Positions 30,617 to 40,254 of a DNA stretch of 64,000 nt are shown here, piece after piece. Location of the stretch: NCBI GenBank assembly GCA_963763775.1, contig CAVXPZ010000001.1, positions 480,001-544,000 on the forward strand, written 5' to 3'. Every line of letters begins with the position of its first letter. The first letter of the stretch is position 1. Below the pieces are notes generated by a model. That model searched no databases and was not told where the DNA came from. It saw nothing but the letters and a program-made list of their open reading frames with translations. A program made the position numbers and the translations under genes. Origin of the DNA: an uncultured Chloroflexia bacterium (GTDB lineage Bacteria; Chloroflexota; Limnocylindria; Limnocylindrales; CSP1-4).

Positions 30617-31855
30617 GGCCTCGCCGCCGACGGATCGGCCGCGATGGCCGGGACGCGCGCTGAGATCGCCGTCCCGCGGCCGGGCTCCGATTCGATCGCG
30701 AGCGAGCCAGCCACACGCGCCACGCGCTGTCGCATACCGTGCAGCCCGAACCCGGCGCCCGTGGCGTCGGCCGGCCGCCCGACGTCGAATCCGACCCCGT
30801 CGTCGTGCACGTCCAGGGCCACCTCGTCGCCCATGTACGAGAGCGTGATGCGCGCCCGACCCGCCTGGGCGTGCTTGGCGACGTTGGCCAGCGCCTCCTG
30901 GGCCGTCCGCAGGAGCGTGACCTCGATCTCGGGCTCCAGCGTGACGGGGTCGCCGGTGACGGTGACCTCGGCCGGGACGGTCGTCCGCTCGGACCATTCG
31001 CGCGCGATCTCGCGCAGGGCGTCGGGGAGTGTCGCGGCCTCGAGTGGCGCGGGCAGGGCCCCTTCCACGGACCGTCGGGCCTCGCTGAGGCTCTCGCGGG
31101 CCAGGCGCTCCGCGTTCGCGAGGTGTCGGTCGTGCGCCTCGGGCCGGTCGTGGGCGTGGCGGGCTGCCTCGAGTTGGGTGATGACGCCCGTGAGCCCTTG
31201 CGCGATGGTGTCGTGGATCTCCGCCGCCATGCGCTGACGCTCCTCCAGGACGCCCGCCTCCCGAGCCTGCGCCAGCAGTTGCGCGTGGAGTCCCGTGTTC
31301 TCGGCGAGCGCCTGCTCGAGTCGCACGACCGTCTCCCGACGGGCCTCGTTCTGCTCGGCGACGCGCTCCCCGAAGTACGTGCCGGCGCTGATGACCACCG
31401 TCTGGACGACGATGATCACGATCCAGAACGTCCAACCGGTCGCGGTCTGCGGCAACCCGGCGATCAGCGAGTTCACGAGGACCGAGGTCACCCCGATCGC
31501 CGCGACGGTCACCGCGAACGGGCGCAGCACGGTGGCGTAGAAGAAGCCGGCGATCATGAAGATGAAGAACAGCGGCTGCTGGAGCATCAGGGCCGACGCG
31601 AAGGCGACGATGCCGACCCAGAAGACGAACAGTCGCGCCTGATGCTCGCGGCGCGGCTCGGGCATCCGGGTGTAGCCGACGTAGATCCAGACGCGCCGCC
31701 GCGATCGCGATGGCCAGCGTGGTCAGCCGCCAGGCGGGATCCGGGTCGCCCAGGAGGATCGCGAGGATGGTCCCGGTGGCCAGGAGCGCGTACCCGCCGA
31801 TGCTGAGCATCGCGTCGGAGAAGCCGTCCCAGGATCGGTCCGCAAACGGTCGCAT
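30613..31855 (-). CDS. HisKA_3 sensor histidine kinase, frameshifted near 31690
   Basis: ERQRMAAEIHDT, QEALANVAKHA, DDGVGF, GFGL; TM N-terminus. Confidence 0.9.
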
Positions 31856-31924
31856 CGCTCGCACGCTACTCCAAGCCGACCGGTTTCGGCACCTGATCCC
31901 GCTCTCGCCCACGCATCTGCCCGG

Positions 31925-32659
31925 TCACTCCCATCGGAACGCGCGCGCCGCGAGCACGCCGCCGACGACGGTGAGACCAGCCATGACGAGGAGCGGGAGG
32001 AGCTGCGGGCCATTGCCGACCCACGCGTCCTGCAGGCCCTGGACCCCGGGCGGCGTGAACTCGCCGATGCGGACCAGGACATCGGGCAACGCGACGCGAG
32101 GGACGTACACGCCGCCCAGGAACATCACCATGAAGAACAGCGGGATCGCGACGGCCGTGGCCACGCGGGCGGACGGCGCCACGGCCGCGAGCAGCAGGCC
32201 GATGACGAAGAGCGACGACGTGCCCAGGACGACCGCGGCCACATAGCCGACGACGTCATGCGGCAGCGGGACGTCGAACGCGACGCGCGCGACGACCATG
32301 AGCAGGACGAGCGCGACCAGCGCCGTGACGAGATACACGATGAGCTGCGCGGTCAGGAGGCGCATCGGGTGCGCGGGCGTCGTCGACAGTCGGCGCAGGA
32401 CGCCCTTCTCGCGGTAGGTGGCGAGTCGGATGGGGAGGGTCTGGATGCCCAGCGTCCCCACGGTGATCACCACGAGGGACGGGACGAAGACATCGATGAA
32501 GCGCAGACCCCCGAGGCCGGGGTCCACGCCGCCCTTCGAGAAGATGGACCCGAAGATCAGGAGGACCGCGGACGGCAGGGCCACCGCCGCGAGCCACGAC
32601 ACGGGCTCGCGGAACAGCAGTCTCGCCTCGGTGCGGACGAGCGCGCGGAGTTCGTTCAT
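31925..32659 (-). CDS. ABC-2 permease
   Basis: YREKGVLRRL, six TM segments. Confidence 0.88.
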   Translation of the reverse strand: MNELRALVRTEARLLFREPVSWLAAVALPSAVLLIFGSIFSKGGVDPGLGGLRFIDVFVPSLVVITVGTLGIQTLPIRLATYREKGVLRRLSTTPAHPMRLLTAQLIVYLVTALVALVLLMVVARVAFDVPLPHDVVGYVAAVVLGTSSLFVIGLLLAAVAPSARVATAVAIPLFFMVMFLGGVYVPRVALPDVLVRIGEFTPPGVQGLQDAWVGNGPQLLPLLVMAGLTVVGGVLAARAFRWE

Positions 32660-33582
32660 GACAGCTCCCTTGCAGGCGAGGCCGCCGAGCGGCCGGTGAG
32701 GGCGATGAAGGCGTCGTCGAGCGTCGCCTGGTCGATGCGCAGATCCTTCGCCACGATCCCGTTGCGGGCCAGGACCGCGGTCACGGCGGCCAGGAGGTCG
32801 CCACGGCCGGTCACGACCACCGTCGGCCCGGACCGCTCGATGCGGCGGACCTCGGGCAGGCCGGCGAGCAGCCCGTCATCGAGTTCCACGGATGGCCGGA
32901 ACCGGACGCGCTGCTCGGGGTCGGCGCGAGCCACGATGCCGGCCGGCGTGTCCACCGCCACGACGCGGCCGTCGCGGATCACGGCGACCCGGTCGGCGAG
33001 CCGCTCCGCCTCCTCCATCAGGTGCGTCACCAGGAGGACGGTCACGCCCTGGTCGCGGATCGACTCGATGACCCGCCAGGTCTCACGGCGGGCGTGCGGG
33101 TCGAGACCCGTCGAGAGCTCATCGAGGATGGCGACTCGGGGTCGCCCGACGAGGGCGAGCGCGATCGACAGCCGCTGCTTCTGACCACCGGACAGGTTTC
33201 GGTAGGCCGTGTCGCGCCGGTCCGCGAGGTCGAGGTCGTCGAGGAGCCGTGCCGGGCTCGCCGGCGCGGCGTAGAACGAGGCGAACAGCTCGAGGGCCTC
33301 GCGAGGCGTCATCCGCTCAGGCAGGTCGCTCTCCTGGAGCTGCACACCGACGAGCGTCCGCAGGCGATCCCGGTCGTTCCGGGGGTCGTACCCGAGGACG
33401 CGGATGGTGCCGCCATCCGGGGTCCGCAGACCGGCGATCGACTCGACGGTCGTCGTCTTGCCGGCACCGTTCGGGCCGAGGATCCCGAAGATCTCGCCCT
33501 CCTCGACCGTGAACGACACGCCGTCCACGACGAGTCGGTCGCCGTACCGCTTCTGGAGGTTGCTGACATCGATGACGTTCAT
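32656..33582 (-). CDS. ABC transporter ATP-binding protein
   Basis: GPNGAGKT, LSGGQ, ILDE, VTH. Confidence 0.92.
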   Translation of the reverse strand: MNVIDVSNLQKRYGDRLVVDGVSFTVEEGEIFGILGPNGAGKTTTVESIAGLRTPDGGTIRVLGYDPRNDRDRLRTLVGVQLQESDLPERMTPREALELFASFYAAPASPARLLDDLDLADRRDTAYRNLSGGQKQRLSIALALVGRPRVAILDELSTGLDPHARRETWRVIESIRDQGVTVLLVTHLMEEAERLADRVAVIRDGRVVAVDTPAGIVARADPEQRVRFRPSVELDDGLLAGLPEVRRIERSGPTVVVTGRGDLLAAVTAVLARNGIVAKDLRIDQATLDDAFIALTGRSAASPARELS

Positions 33583-33718
33583 GCGAGGCCGCCCTCGCTG
33601 GTCGTGGTGACGCGCTTGGCGTCGGTCAAGATGCTCATGTGATGCAGCATCAGTCGCCGAGGGTCCCGCTCGCATCGGACGTTGCGCCAGTCCTGCGGCC
33701 GCACTCGGTGGAGTCGCG

Positions 33719-33738
33719 CATCAACCGTTCGGTGGATG
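33719..33738. promoter_or_regulatory. Inverted repeat, candidate NarL-type regulator site upstream of the ABC/two-component operon
   Basis: CATCAACCG-TT-CGGTGGATG (one mismatch). Confidence 0.5.
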
Positions 33739-33848
33739 CCACGACCGGGTCATGGTGCCCGCCGTCTCCGTGACGTCCGACACTGGCCGACGGCGCGGGA
33801 ACAGCCTACGGTCGCGGTACGAGCGGGTAGACCGCAGGAGGGTGTGCC

Positions 33849-34430
33849 ATGACCAGCGTGTTGATCGTCCATGCCAGCCGCCATGGGGGCACGGCGGGGA
33901 TCGCCCAGCGGATCGGCGAGGTGATGCAGTCGGCCGGGGTGGACGCGGTCGTCACCAGCGCAGCCGGGATGCGGGACCCGGACCCGTTCGACGCGTGCGT
34001 CGTCGGCGGCGGTGTGTACATGGGCACCTGGGTGAAGGAGGGCACGGAGTATCTGGAGCGATACGCGCATATCCTGGCCACCCGCCCGCTCTGGCTGTTC
34101 AGCAGCGGCCCGCTCCCGGCGTCCACGAAGACCCCGAAGGCGCCCACGGACCCGATCGAGCTGGCGCTCGGCCCGCGCGAGGGACCAGGCAGTGGCGGCC
34201 GCCGCAAGCTCGAAGGGCTCGCCGCGCCGCTCCATCCACGGGAGCACCGCGTCTTCGCCGGGGCCTTCGACCCCGATGACCCGCCCCAGGGCATGTCAGA
34301 GCGTCTCGTCCGGCTGATGCCGATGGCCAAGGGCATCCTGCCGCACGGCGACTTCCGGGACTGGCCCGCCATCGAGGCGTGGGCTCGCGAGATCGCCGCC
34401 GATCTCGCGCCGGTCGGGGTCGGGGGCTGA
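33849..34430 (+). CDS. Flavodoxin-domain protein (HemG-like)
   Basis: ASRHGGTAGIA, VYMGTW, WLFSSGP, GDFRDW. Confidence 0.85.
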   Translation: MTSVLIVHASRHGGTAGIAQRIGEVMQSAGVDAVVTSAAGMRDPDPFDACVVGGGVYMGTWVKEGTEYLERYAHILATRPLWLFSSGPLPASTKTPKAPTDPIELALGPREGPGSGGRRKLEGLAAPLHPREHRVFAGAFDPDDPPQGMSERLVRLMPMAKGILPHGDFRDWPAIEAWAREIAADLAPVGVGG

Positions 34431-34497
34431 CGGGACCTCGAACGGCGAGGCGAGCGCGCCGCGCGCCGCCCCTCCGCCAGGGCGTACCCTTCGGCCC

Positions 34498-34854
34498 ATG
34501 GCGCATGGGATCGATTACGTCGAGCTGGCCGTCGAGGACCTCGCGCAGGCGAAGGCGTTCTACGGTGCCGCGCTCGGGTGGGCGTTCAACGACTATGGCG
34601 ACGACTACGCCGGGGTCAAGGATCCCGCGGATCCCGACCACGAGTTCGCCGGGCTGAACCCCAGCGCGGCGCCGTCCGGCGGCACGGGCGTCGTGGCGCT
34701 GGCGCGGACCGACGATGTGGACGCCGACCTGGCGAGCGTGCTCGCCGCCGGCGGCCGGATCACGGTGGAACTCCACGACTATCCCGGCGGGCGGCGCTTC
34801 ATGTTCGCCGACCCGTGGGGGAACGTCCTCGGGGTCTACCAGCCGTCCGAGTAG
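34498..34854 (+). CDS. VOC/glyoxalase family protein
   Basis: IDYVEL, FYGAALGW, YPGGRRF.FADP.GN. Confidence 0.88.
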   Translation: MAHGIDYVELAVEDLAQAKAFYGAALGWAFNDYGDDYAGVKDPADPDHEFAGLNPSAAPSGGTGVVALARTDDVDADLASVLAAGGRITVELHDYPGGRRFMFADPWGNVLGVYQPSE

Positions 34855-34856
34855 GC

Positions 34857-35459
34857 TCAGCCGGCCGGCCCGAAGGTCGCCCGGCCGTTCGGCCGATACG
34901 TCTGGACCATCACCCCGCTCGAGGTCGACCACGAGTCGACCAGCTCGAAGTCATGCGTCTGGCCATGTTCCGGGAAGAGCCGCAGCCCGTCGCCCACGAC
35001 GACCGGGGAGATGCGCAGGTTCAGCTCGTCCACGAGGTCGCGCTCGAGGAGCCAGCGGAGCAGCACGCCGCTGCCGTGCACCTGGAGCTCGCGACCGGGC
35101 GTCGCCTTGAGCGCGCGGATCGCCGCCTCGACGTCGCCATCGAGGACATGGGTGTTCTGCCAGGTCGGGTCCTTGAGCGTGGTCGAGGGCACGTACTTCG
35201 GCAGGACGTTGATCGTGTGGCCGAACGGGTTGTCGTCGTGGTCGGGCCAGTACGGCTCCCAGATCTCCCAGGTCCTGCGCCCGAGGAGCAGCGCGTCGGC
35301 ACGTCCGAACAGGTCCATCAGGAAGGGACCCATGTCGGCGTCGGCGTGCGACGCCGTCCAGCCGCCGCGCTCGAACCCGCCGCGCCGGTCCTCGTCCGGG
35401 CCGCCGGGGCCCTGGTACACGCCGTCGAGGGTCAGCATCATCGATGCGATCAGTTTCAT
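34857..35459 (-). CDS. Dihydrofolate reductase-like (RibD C-terminal) protein
   Basis: TLDGVYQGPGG, LLLGRRTW, VHGSG, PVVVGDG. Confidence 0.88.
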   Translation of the reverse strand: MKLIASMMLTLDGVYQGPGGPDEDRRGGFERGGWTASHADADMGPFLMDLFGRADALLLGRRTWEIWEPYWPDHDDNPFGHTINVLPKYVPSTTLKDPTWQNTHVLDGDVEAAIRALKATPGRELQVHGSGVLLRWLLERDLVDELNLRISPVVVGDGLRLFPEHGQTHDFELVDSWSTSSGVMVQTYRPNGRATFGPAG

Positions 35460-35536
35460 GGTCGTCGCTCCCTGCCGAGGCCGCCGTCGGTCGCTAGGCT
35501 ACCGCCCGTGGTGCCGCGTCGAACGTTGCCGTGCCG

Positions 35537-36104
35537 ATGAAGCCGTTGCGAGATCGCGGGCTCGGCCTGCTTGGACGTGCTCTTCGTCGTCTACCTCGTG
35601 TTGCTGGTCTGGGCGGTGGTATGGAAGCTCGACGTGCCGTATGTGGGCGCGGCGGCGGGCCTCCCGCGGCCGATCAAGCTGATCCCGTTCCTCCCCAGTG
35701 CCGAGGCCGGCGCCAGCGCCCCCCTCGAGATCGTCGCGAACGTCGTGCTCTTCATCCCGTTCGGCCTCTACCTCGGCCTCCTGGCGCCGACATGGCCGTG
35801 GTGGAAGATGACCGGCGTGTTCGTCGGCGCGAGCCTGGTCCTGGAGACCACCCAGCACCTGTTGTCGACCGGCAGCTTCGACACGACGGACGTCATCGTC
35901 AACGCCGCGGGAGGCTTGGCCGGCGTCGGTCTGCTCGCGCTGGCACGCCGCCGGCTCGGAGCCAGCACCGCGGTCGTCGTGACCCGGATCTGCCTGGTCG
36001 GGACGGTCGTTTCGGTCCTGGCGATCGGCATCTTCGTCGCCTCCCCGCTGTATCACGCGCCCCAGCACGATGTCGTGTTCGCCACGCCGGTTCCGTCGCG
36101 ATAG
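35537..36104 (+). CDS. VanZ family membrane protein (probable frameshift near start)
   Basis: LIPF, NVVLFIPFG, ETTQ, SFDTTDVIVN. Confidence 0.8.
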
Positions 36105-36275
36105 GGCGCTCGGCGGGCCCAAGCGAGGTGCTTCCGCGTAACGACTTGGGGGCGTCGCTCGTCACAGCCCCGACGAGCGAGCCTCGCGGCGCGTGACAGA
36201 ATCGCGGTCACCAGCGAAGATGTCGCGACTGCCCGGGATGAGGCCCGACGCTGACCGACCGCCCATGAGCATCTG

Positions 36276-38415
36276 ATGACCGATCTGCCCGAACCCGCAG
36301 CCGACCCGGCTGACGAGGCCCCCATACCCGACAGCGAGACGCCCGCCGGCGATCCCGAGCTCGCGGCGCTCGTCGCCACGGCACAGTCCGCGGCGGATCC
36401 CGACGTTGCCGATGTCGCGCCCGCGGCCGCGATGGCCGCTGCCGATGATGCCGCCGCGGCTGATCCGACCGTTCTCGGCGCTGTTGCGTCGAGCGAGCCG
36501 ACCGACGAGGTCACGACGGACACGACGACGACCTTCGAGGCCGGCGTGGATGCGGTGCCGGTCCTGCCGCTCGCGGCCGCCGTGACCGACGGCGAGCCGG
36601 CGAGACGGCCTCGGCGGCGACGGTCGCTCGTCCTTCGCTTCGGCGTCTCGTTCGCTCTGGCCTTCCTGCTCGCGTTCGGCGTCGGCGCCGGCGCGCTGTA
36701 CGCATGGAGTTCGCAGTACGACGGCCGGGTCCTGCCCGGGGTGAGCGTCGGCAGCACGGGACTCGGCGGGCTCACCCGCGAGCAGGCGAGCGCGGCCATC
36801 ACGGACGCCTACGCGTCGCTCGGGACCGGGCAGATCACGCTCACCGGCCCGGACGGCCAGGCGACGACCATCAGCTACACGGACGTCGGTCGCGGGCCCT
36901 GACACCGAGGCGCTGCTCGACGCGGCCTTCGCGGCCGGCCGTCAGGGCGAGCCTCTCGCGACGCTCATCGGCGGCCCGCAGGTCGCGATCAACGGCATGA
37001 CGCTCGACTCCGCCGTCGCCTACGACCGCGACAAGCTGGCGGCCGCCGTCGATGCCCTCGCCACGTCGATCGACCAGACCCCCACCGACGCCACCGTGTC
37101 GGCCAGCGCAGGCGCGACGTTCGCCGTCTCCCCGGCGAAGGACGGCCGCGCGGTAGACAAGGCGGCCCTCCTGGCCGCGCTCGACCAGCAGCTCGCGGCG
37201 CTCGGCACGCCGGACTCGATCGCCATGACCGTGCCGGTCGTGCCGTTGGCACCCGCCGTCGCGACCGCGTCGGCGGAGGCGGCGAAGGCGGCCGCGGATC
37301 GCATGGCCTCCGACCTGGTCATCGAGCGTGGCAAGGAGAACTGGACGGTCGCGGGCACGAGCCTCGCGCCCCTGATCTCGTTCTCCACCACGGCGGACGG
37401 TGCCATCACCCCGGTCTTCGATGAGGCGGGCCTCGACCCGATCCTCAAGACACTGGCCAAGCAGGTCAACCAGAAGGTGCGGGACGCCAGCCTCAAGCGA
37501 GTCGGCGGACGCATCATCGCCACCGGCAGCAGTCGCGAGGGCCGAACGCTCATCGCCGACGGCATGAAGACCGCGCTCATCAACGAGATCGGGTCCCGGC
37601 AGTCGGGCACGGCGGCAGCGTCGCTCGCGGCCGTCGTCAAGTCCACCGACCCGAAGCTGAGCACAGCGGACGCCAAGGCCTTCGCCCCGAAGATGCGGGT
37701 CATCAGCAAGTACAGCGTCTTCTACTGGGTCATCGTCAACAACCACTGGGGCGGGAACATCGAGGCGCCGGCGACGAAGATCAACGGCACGGTCGTGCCG
37801 CCTGGCGGGAAGTTCGACTTCTGGAAGGTCGTCGGCGACCTGCGCAAGCTCCCAGGCGCCGGTCCGGGCAACGCGATCGAAGGCGGGAAGATCACCGTGA
37901 CCGGCGCGTTCGGCGGCGGCATCTGCACCACGTCCACGACGCTGTTCAACGCGGCGTTCCGGGCGGGCATGGTTCCGCTCGCACGACAGAACCACAACGA
38001 GTTCATCGACCGGTATCCGCCGGGCCTCGATGCCACCGTCTGGATCGTCGGCAACACCAAGCAGACCATGAGCTTCCGGAACGACACCAAGTACCCGATC
38101 CTGATCCAGCGGATCATCACCAACGCCGGCAGCAAGCGATGGATCACGTTCAAGATCTGGAGCGTCCCCAACGGCCGGACCTACAAGATCAGCAACCTGT
38201 CGATCCAGCACGGGCCGCGCGCGAGGAGCACGATCGTGCGGGATTCGAGCAAGCCGGTGGGGTATCGGTTCTTCAACAACGCCCCGGCGGACGGCGCCAA
38301 GGTCGCGGTCACCGTGTCGATCTACGACCACGGCAAGCTCCACTGGCGGAAGCGGTACTTCTCGAACTACCCAGCGGTCGACGGCGTCACCGTCGTGGGG
38401 ACCAAGCGAAGCTGA
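36276..38415 (+). CDS. VanW/YoaR-like membrane-anchored protein with PG-binding_4-type domains, frameshifted near 36900
   Basis: TM helix, VLPGVSVG..GGLTREQA; INGTVVPPG..FDF, GGGICTTSTTLFNAA, RYPPGLDATV, FRNDT. Confidence 0.85.
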
Positions 38416-38463
38416 CGCTGGTCCGGCGGCTCCTCCTAGGACGAGTTCCCAGGCTCGGCCCCG

Positions 38464-39068
38464 TCAACCTCCCTGCGGTCGTCGTCGCCGGGCCGACGGC
38501 CAGCGCCACCCCGGGATCAGCTGCGGCACGCGTGATCGGTACGCGCCGTAGGCGTCGGGGAACGTCGCGCGGAGCAGTCGCTCCTCAGCCCGGATCTTGA
38601 CTCGAAGACCACCAGTCCGGCAAGGACGAGCACGAGCCACTGCCCAAGGCCGCCCAGGATGGCGCTTCCCAGCAGCATCCCGAGCAGACCGGTGTAGATG
38701 GGGTGGCGCGTGATCGCATACGGGCCATCCGTGCGCAGGCCGCGATCCGGCACCGCACGGGGACCGACGCTCCACGACGATCCGAGCGCGAGACGCGCCC
38801 AGATGGCGAACAGCGTGGATGCCACGAGGACCACGACGCCGATGACGCGGACCCAATCGGCCTCCACCGTGAACGGCGCGAGGATCGCCCGTCCGAGGAG
38901 CACGATCGCCGCGACGGAGACGGACGCGAGGATGTCCATCCCGATCGAGGACGACCCGCGGATCTGCCCGGTCGTTCGGGTGCCGGCGTCGCGGACGGCG
39001 GTGACGATCCAGACGACCACCACGGTGCCCCAGCAGAGGATATCGGCCGTCACCACGAGAACGTCCAT
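38464..39068 (-). CDS. ICMT/PEMT-family membrane methyltransferase, frameshifted near 38600
   Basis: WARLALGSSWS, TDGPYAITRHPIY; KIRAEERLL..Y..Y..RVP in second frame. Confidence 0.85.
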
Positions 39069-39212
39069 CGCGCCGAGAGCGTAGCGCAGGTCGTCGGCGA
39101 TGCTTGGAGGCCATATGGCGCACGACCGATGTGCGAGGTCGGCAGGGGATCATCGTCGCGCCCGCCCAGCGGATCGACTCACCACGCGCGGATCGGCGAT
39201 CTGACTTCGGCC

Positions 39213-39773
39213 TCAGGTCCCGGACGCGGCCGCCTCCATGCGCTCCAGGAGCGCCAGCGTCGTCTGCCAGCTGCGGATCGTCATCGACTTGTACGCCGCC
39301 GTCCCCATGGTCTTGCCCAGTCGGCTCTTCGTCCGCTCGGCGCTCAGCCGCTGCGAGTAGATCACGCCGACTCCCGGCCAGACCTCGTCGACGCCGGGCC
39401 GCGGGTCGAAGGCCTTCATGGCCGTCGGCGTGTCGATGTCGATCAGGAAGACCGCATCGCTGTGGTACGTCTCTGGGTGGTCGCCGAAGCCCTTCGGCCG
39501 CTCCTGGACGACGGCGCGGAGCTGCGCTTGCGTCAGCACCAGGACCGCGATCAGCTCGCTGTCGAGCTTGAAGGTCTTCGGGAGCGCGTCCTCGAGCTCG
39601 CGCCTGATCGCGGTGGGGGAGCGGTCGGAGCTCAGGATCACGTTGCCGCTGGCGATGAAGGTGGAGACCTCCGTGTGCCCGTGCGACTCGAGGAGGTCGC
39701 GCAACGCCGCCATCGGCACCGTGTTCTTGCCACCGACGTTGATGCCGCGGAGCAGGACGAGGTATCGGGTCAT
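39213..39773 (-). CDS. DUF1697 protein
   Basis: YLVLLRGINVGG, TFIASGNV, TIRSWQT. Confidence 0.88.
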   Translation of the reverse strand: MTRYLVLLRGINVGGKNTVPMAALRDLLESHGHTEVSTFIASGNVILSSDRSPTAIRRELEDALPKTFKLDSELIAVLVLTQAQLRAVVQERPKGFGDHPETYHSDAVFLIDIDTPTAMKAFDPRPGVDEVWPGVGVIYSQRLSAERTKSRLGKTMGTAAYKSMTIRSWQTTLALLERMEAAASGT

Positions 39774-39782
39774 GAGCAGGGC

Positions 39783-40220
39783 TCAGCGTTTCCCGAAGCC
39801 GGGGATCGCGGCGGCCTGCTCCATCCACGAGGCGACCTGGCGTTCGTCGATGTCGTCCACGGACCCGAGGTCGACACCGCGCGAGTCCTTGCCCATCCCG
39901 ATCGGCGTGACCGGCGGTACGGGTGTGAGCGACGTGCCGCGCCCGAATGTGAGCTTGACGTGGCCGACGAAGCCGCCGCACGAGAAGCACCAGCCGTCCC
40001 CGACGCCGTAGAACGCCATGCCCCACTTCACGGCGCGCTGCAGGCCCGGCAGCGTCTCGGCCGCCAGGGCGTCGACCCGTTCGGCGATCGAGCGTTGGGG
40101 TTGCGGCAAGCTGGCGATGTAGGCGAAGACCGGCTTGTCGCCGACGGCGGCCTTCGCGGGGCTCGCTCGGCCGGTCATGGCTTCGGGCAGCGCCCACGTC
40201 GGTTCGTTCTCAGGCGACAT
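39783..40220 (-). CDS. DUF1801 protein
   Basis: GDKPVFAYIASLP, AVKWGMAFYG, VKLTF. Confidence 0.8.
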   Translation of the reverse strand: MSPENEPTWALPEAMTGRASPAKAAVGDKPVFAYIASLPQPQRSIAERVDALAAETLPGLQRAVKWGMAFYGVGDGWCFSCGGFVGHVKLTFGRGTSLTPVPPVTPIGMGKDSRGVDLGSVDDIDERQVASWMEQAAAIPGFGKR

Positions 40221-40254
40221 CGTCGTTCCCTCCCGGATGGCCCGTGATCCCTGG

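Noticed and set aside
29849-31912. 687-aa kinase-regulator hybrid ORF
   Set aside because: Artefact of frameshifts. The kinase and response regulator are separate genes with an ATGA overlap at 30613-30616.
36131-36158. Second dif-like site (CTTCCGCGTAA...)
   Set aside because: Only a vague single arm; there is no TTAT-containing second arm after a 6-bp spacer.
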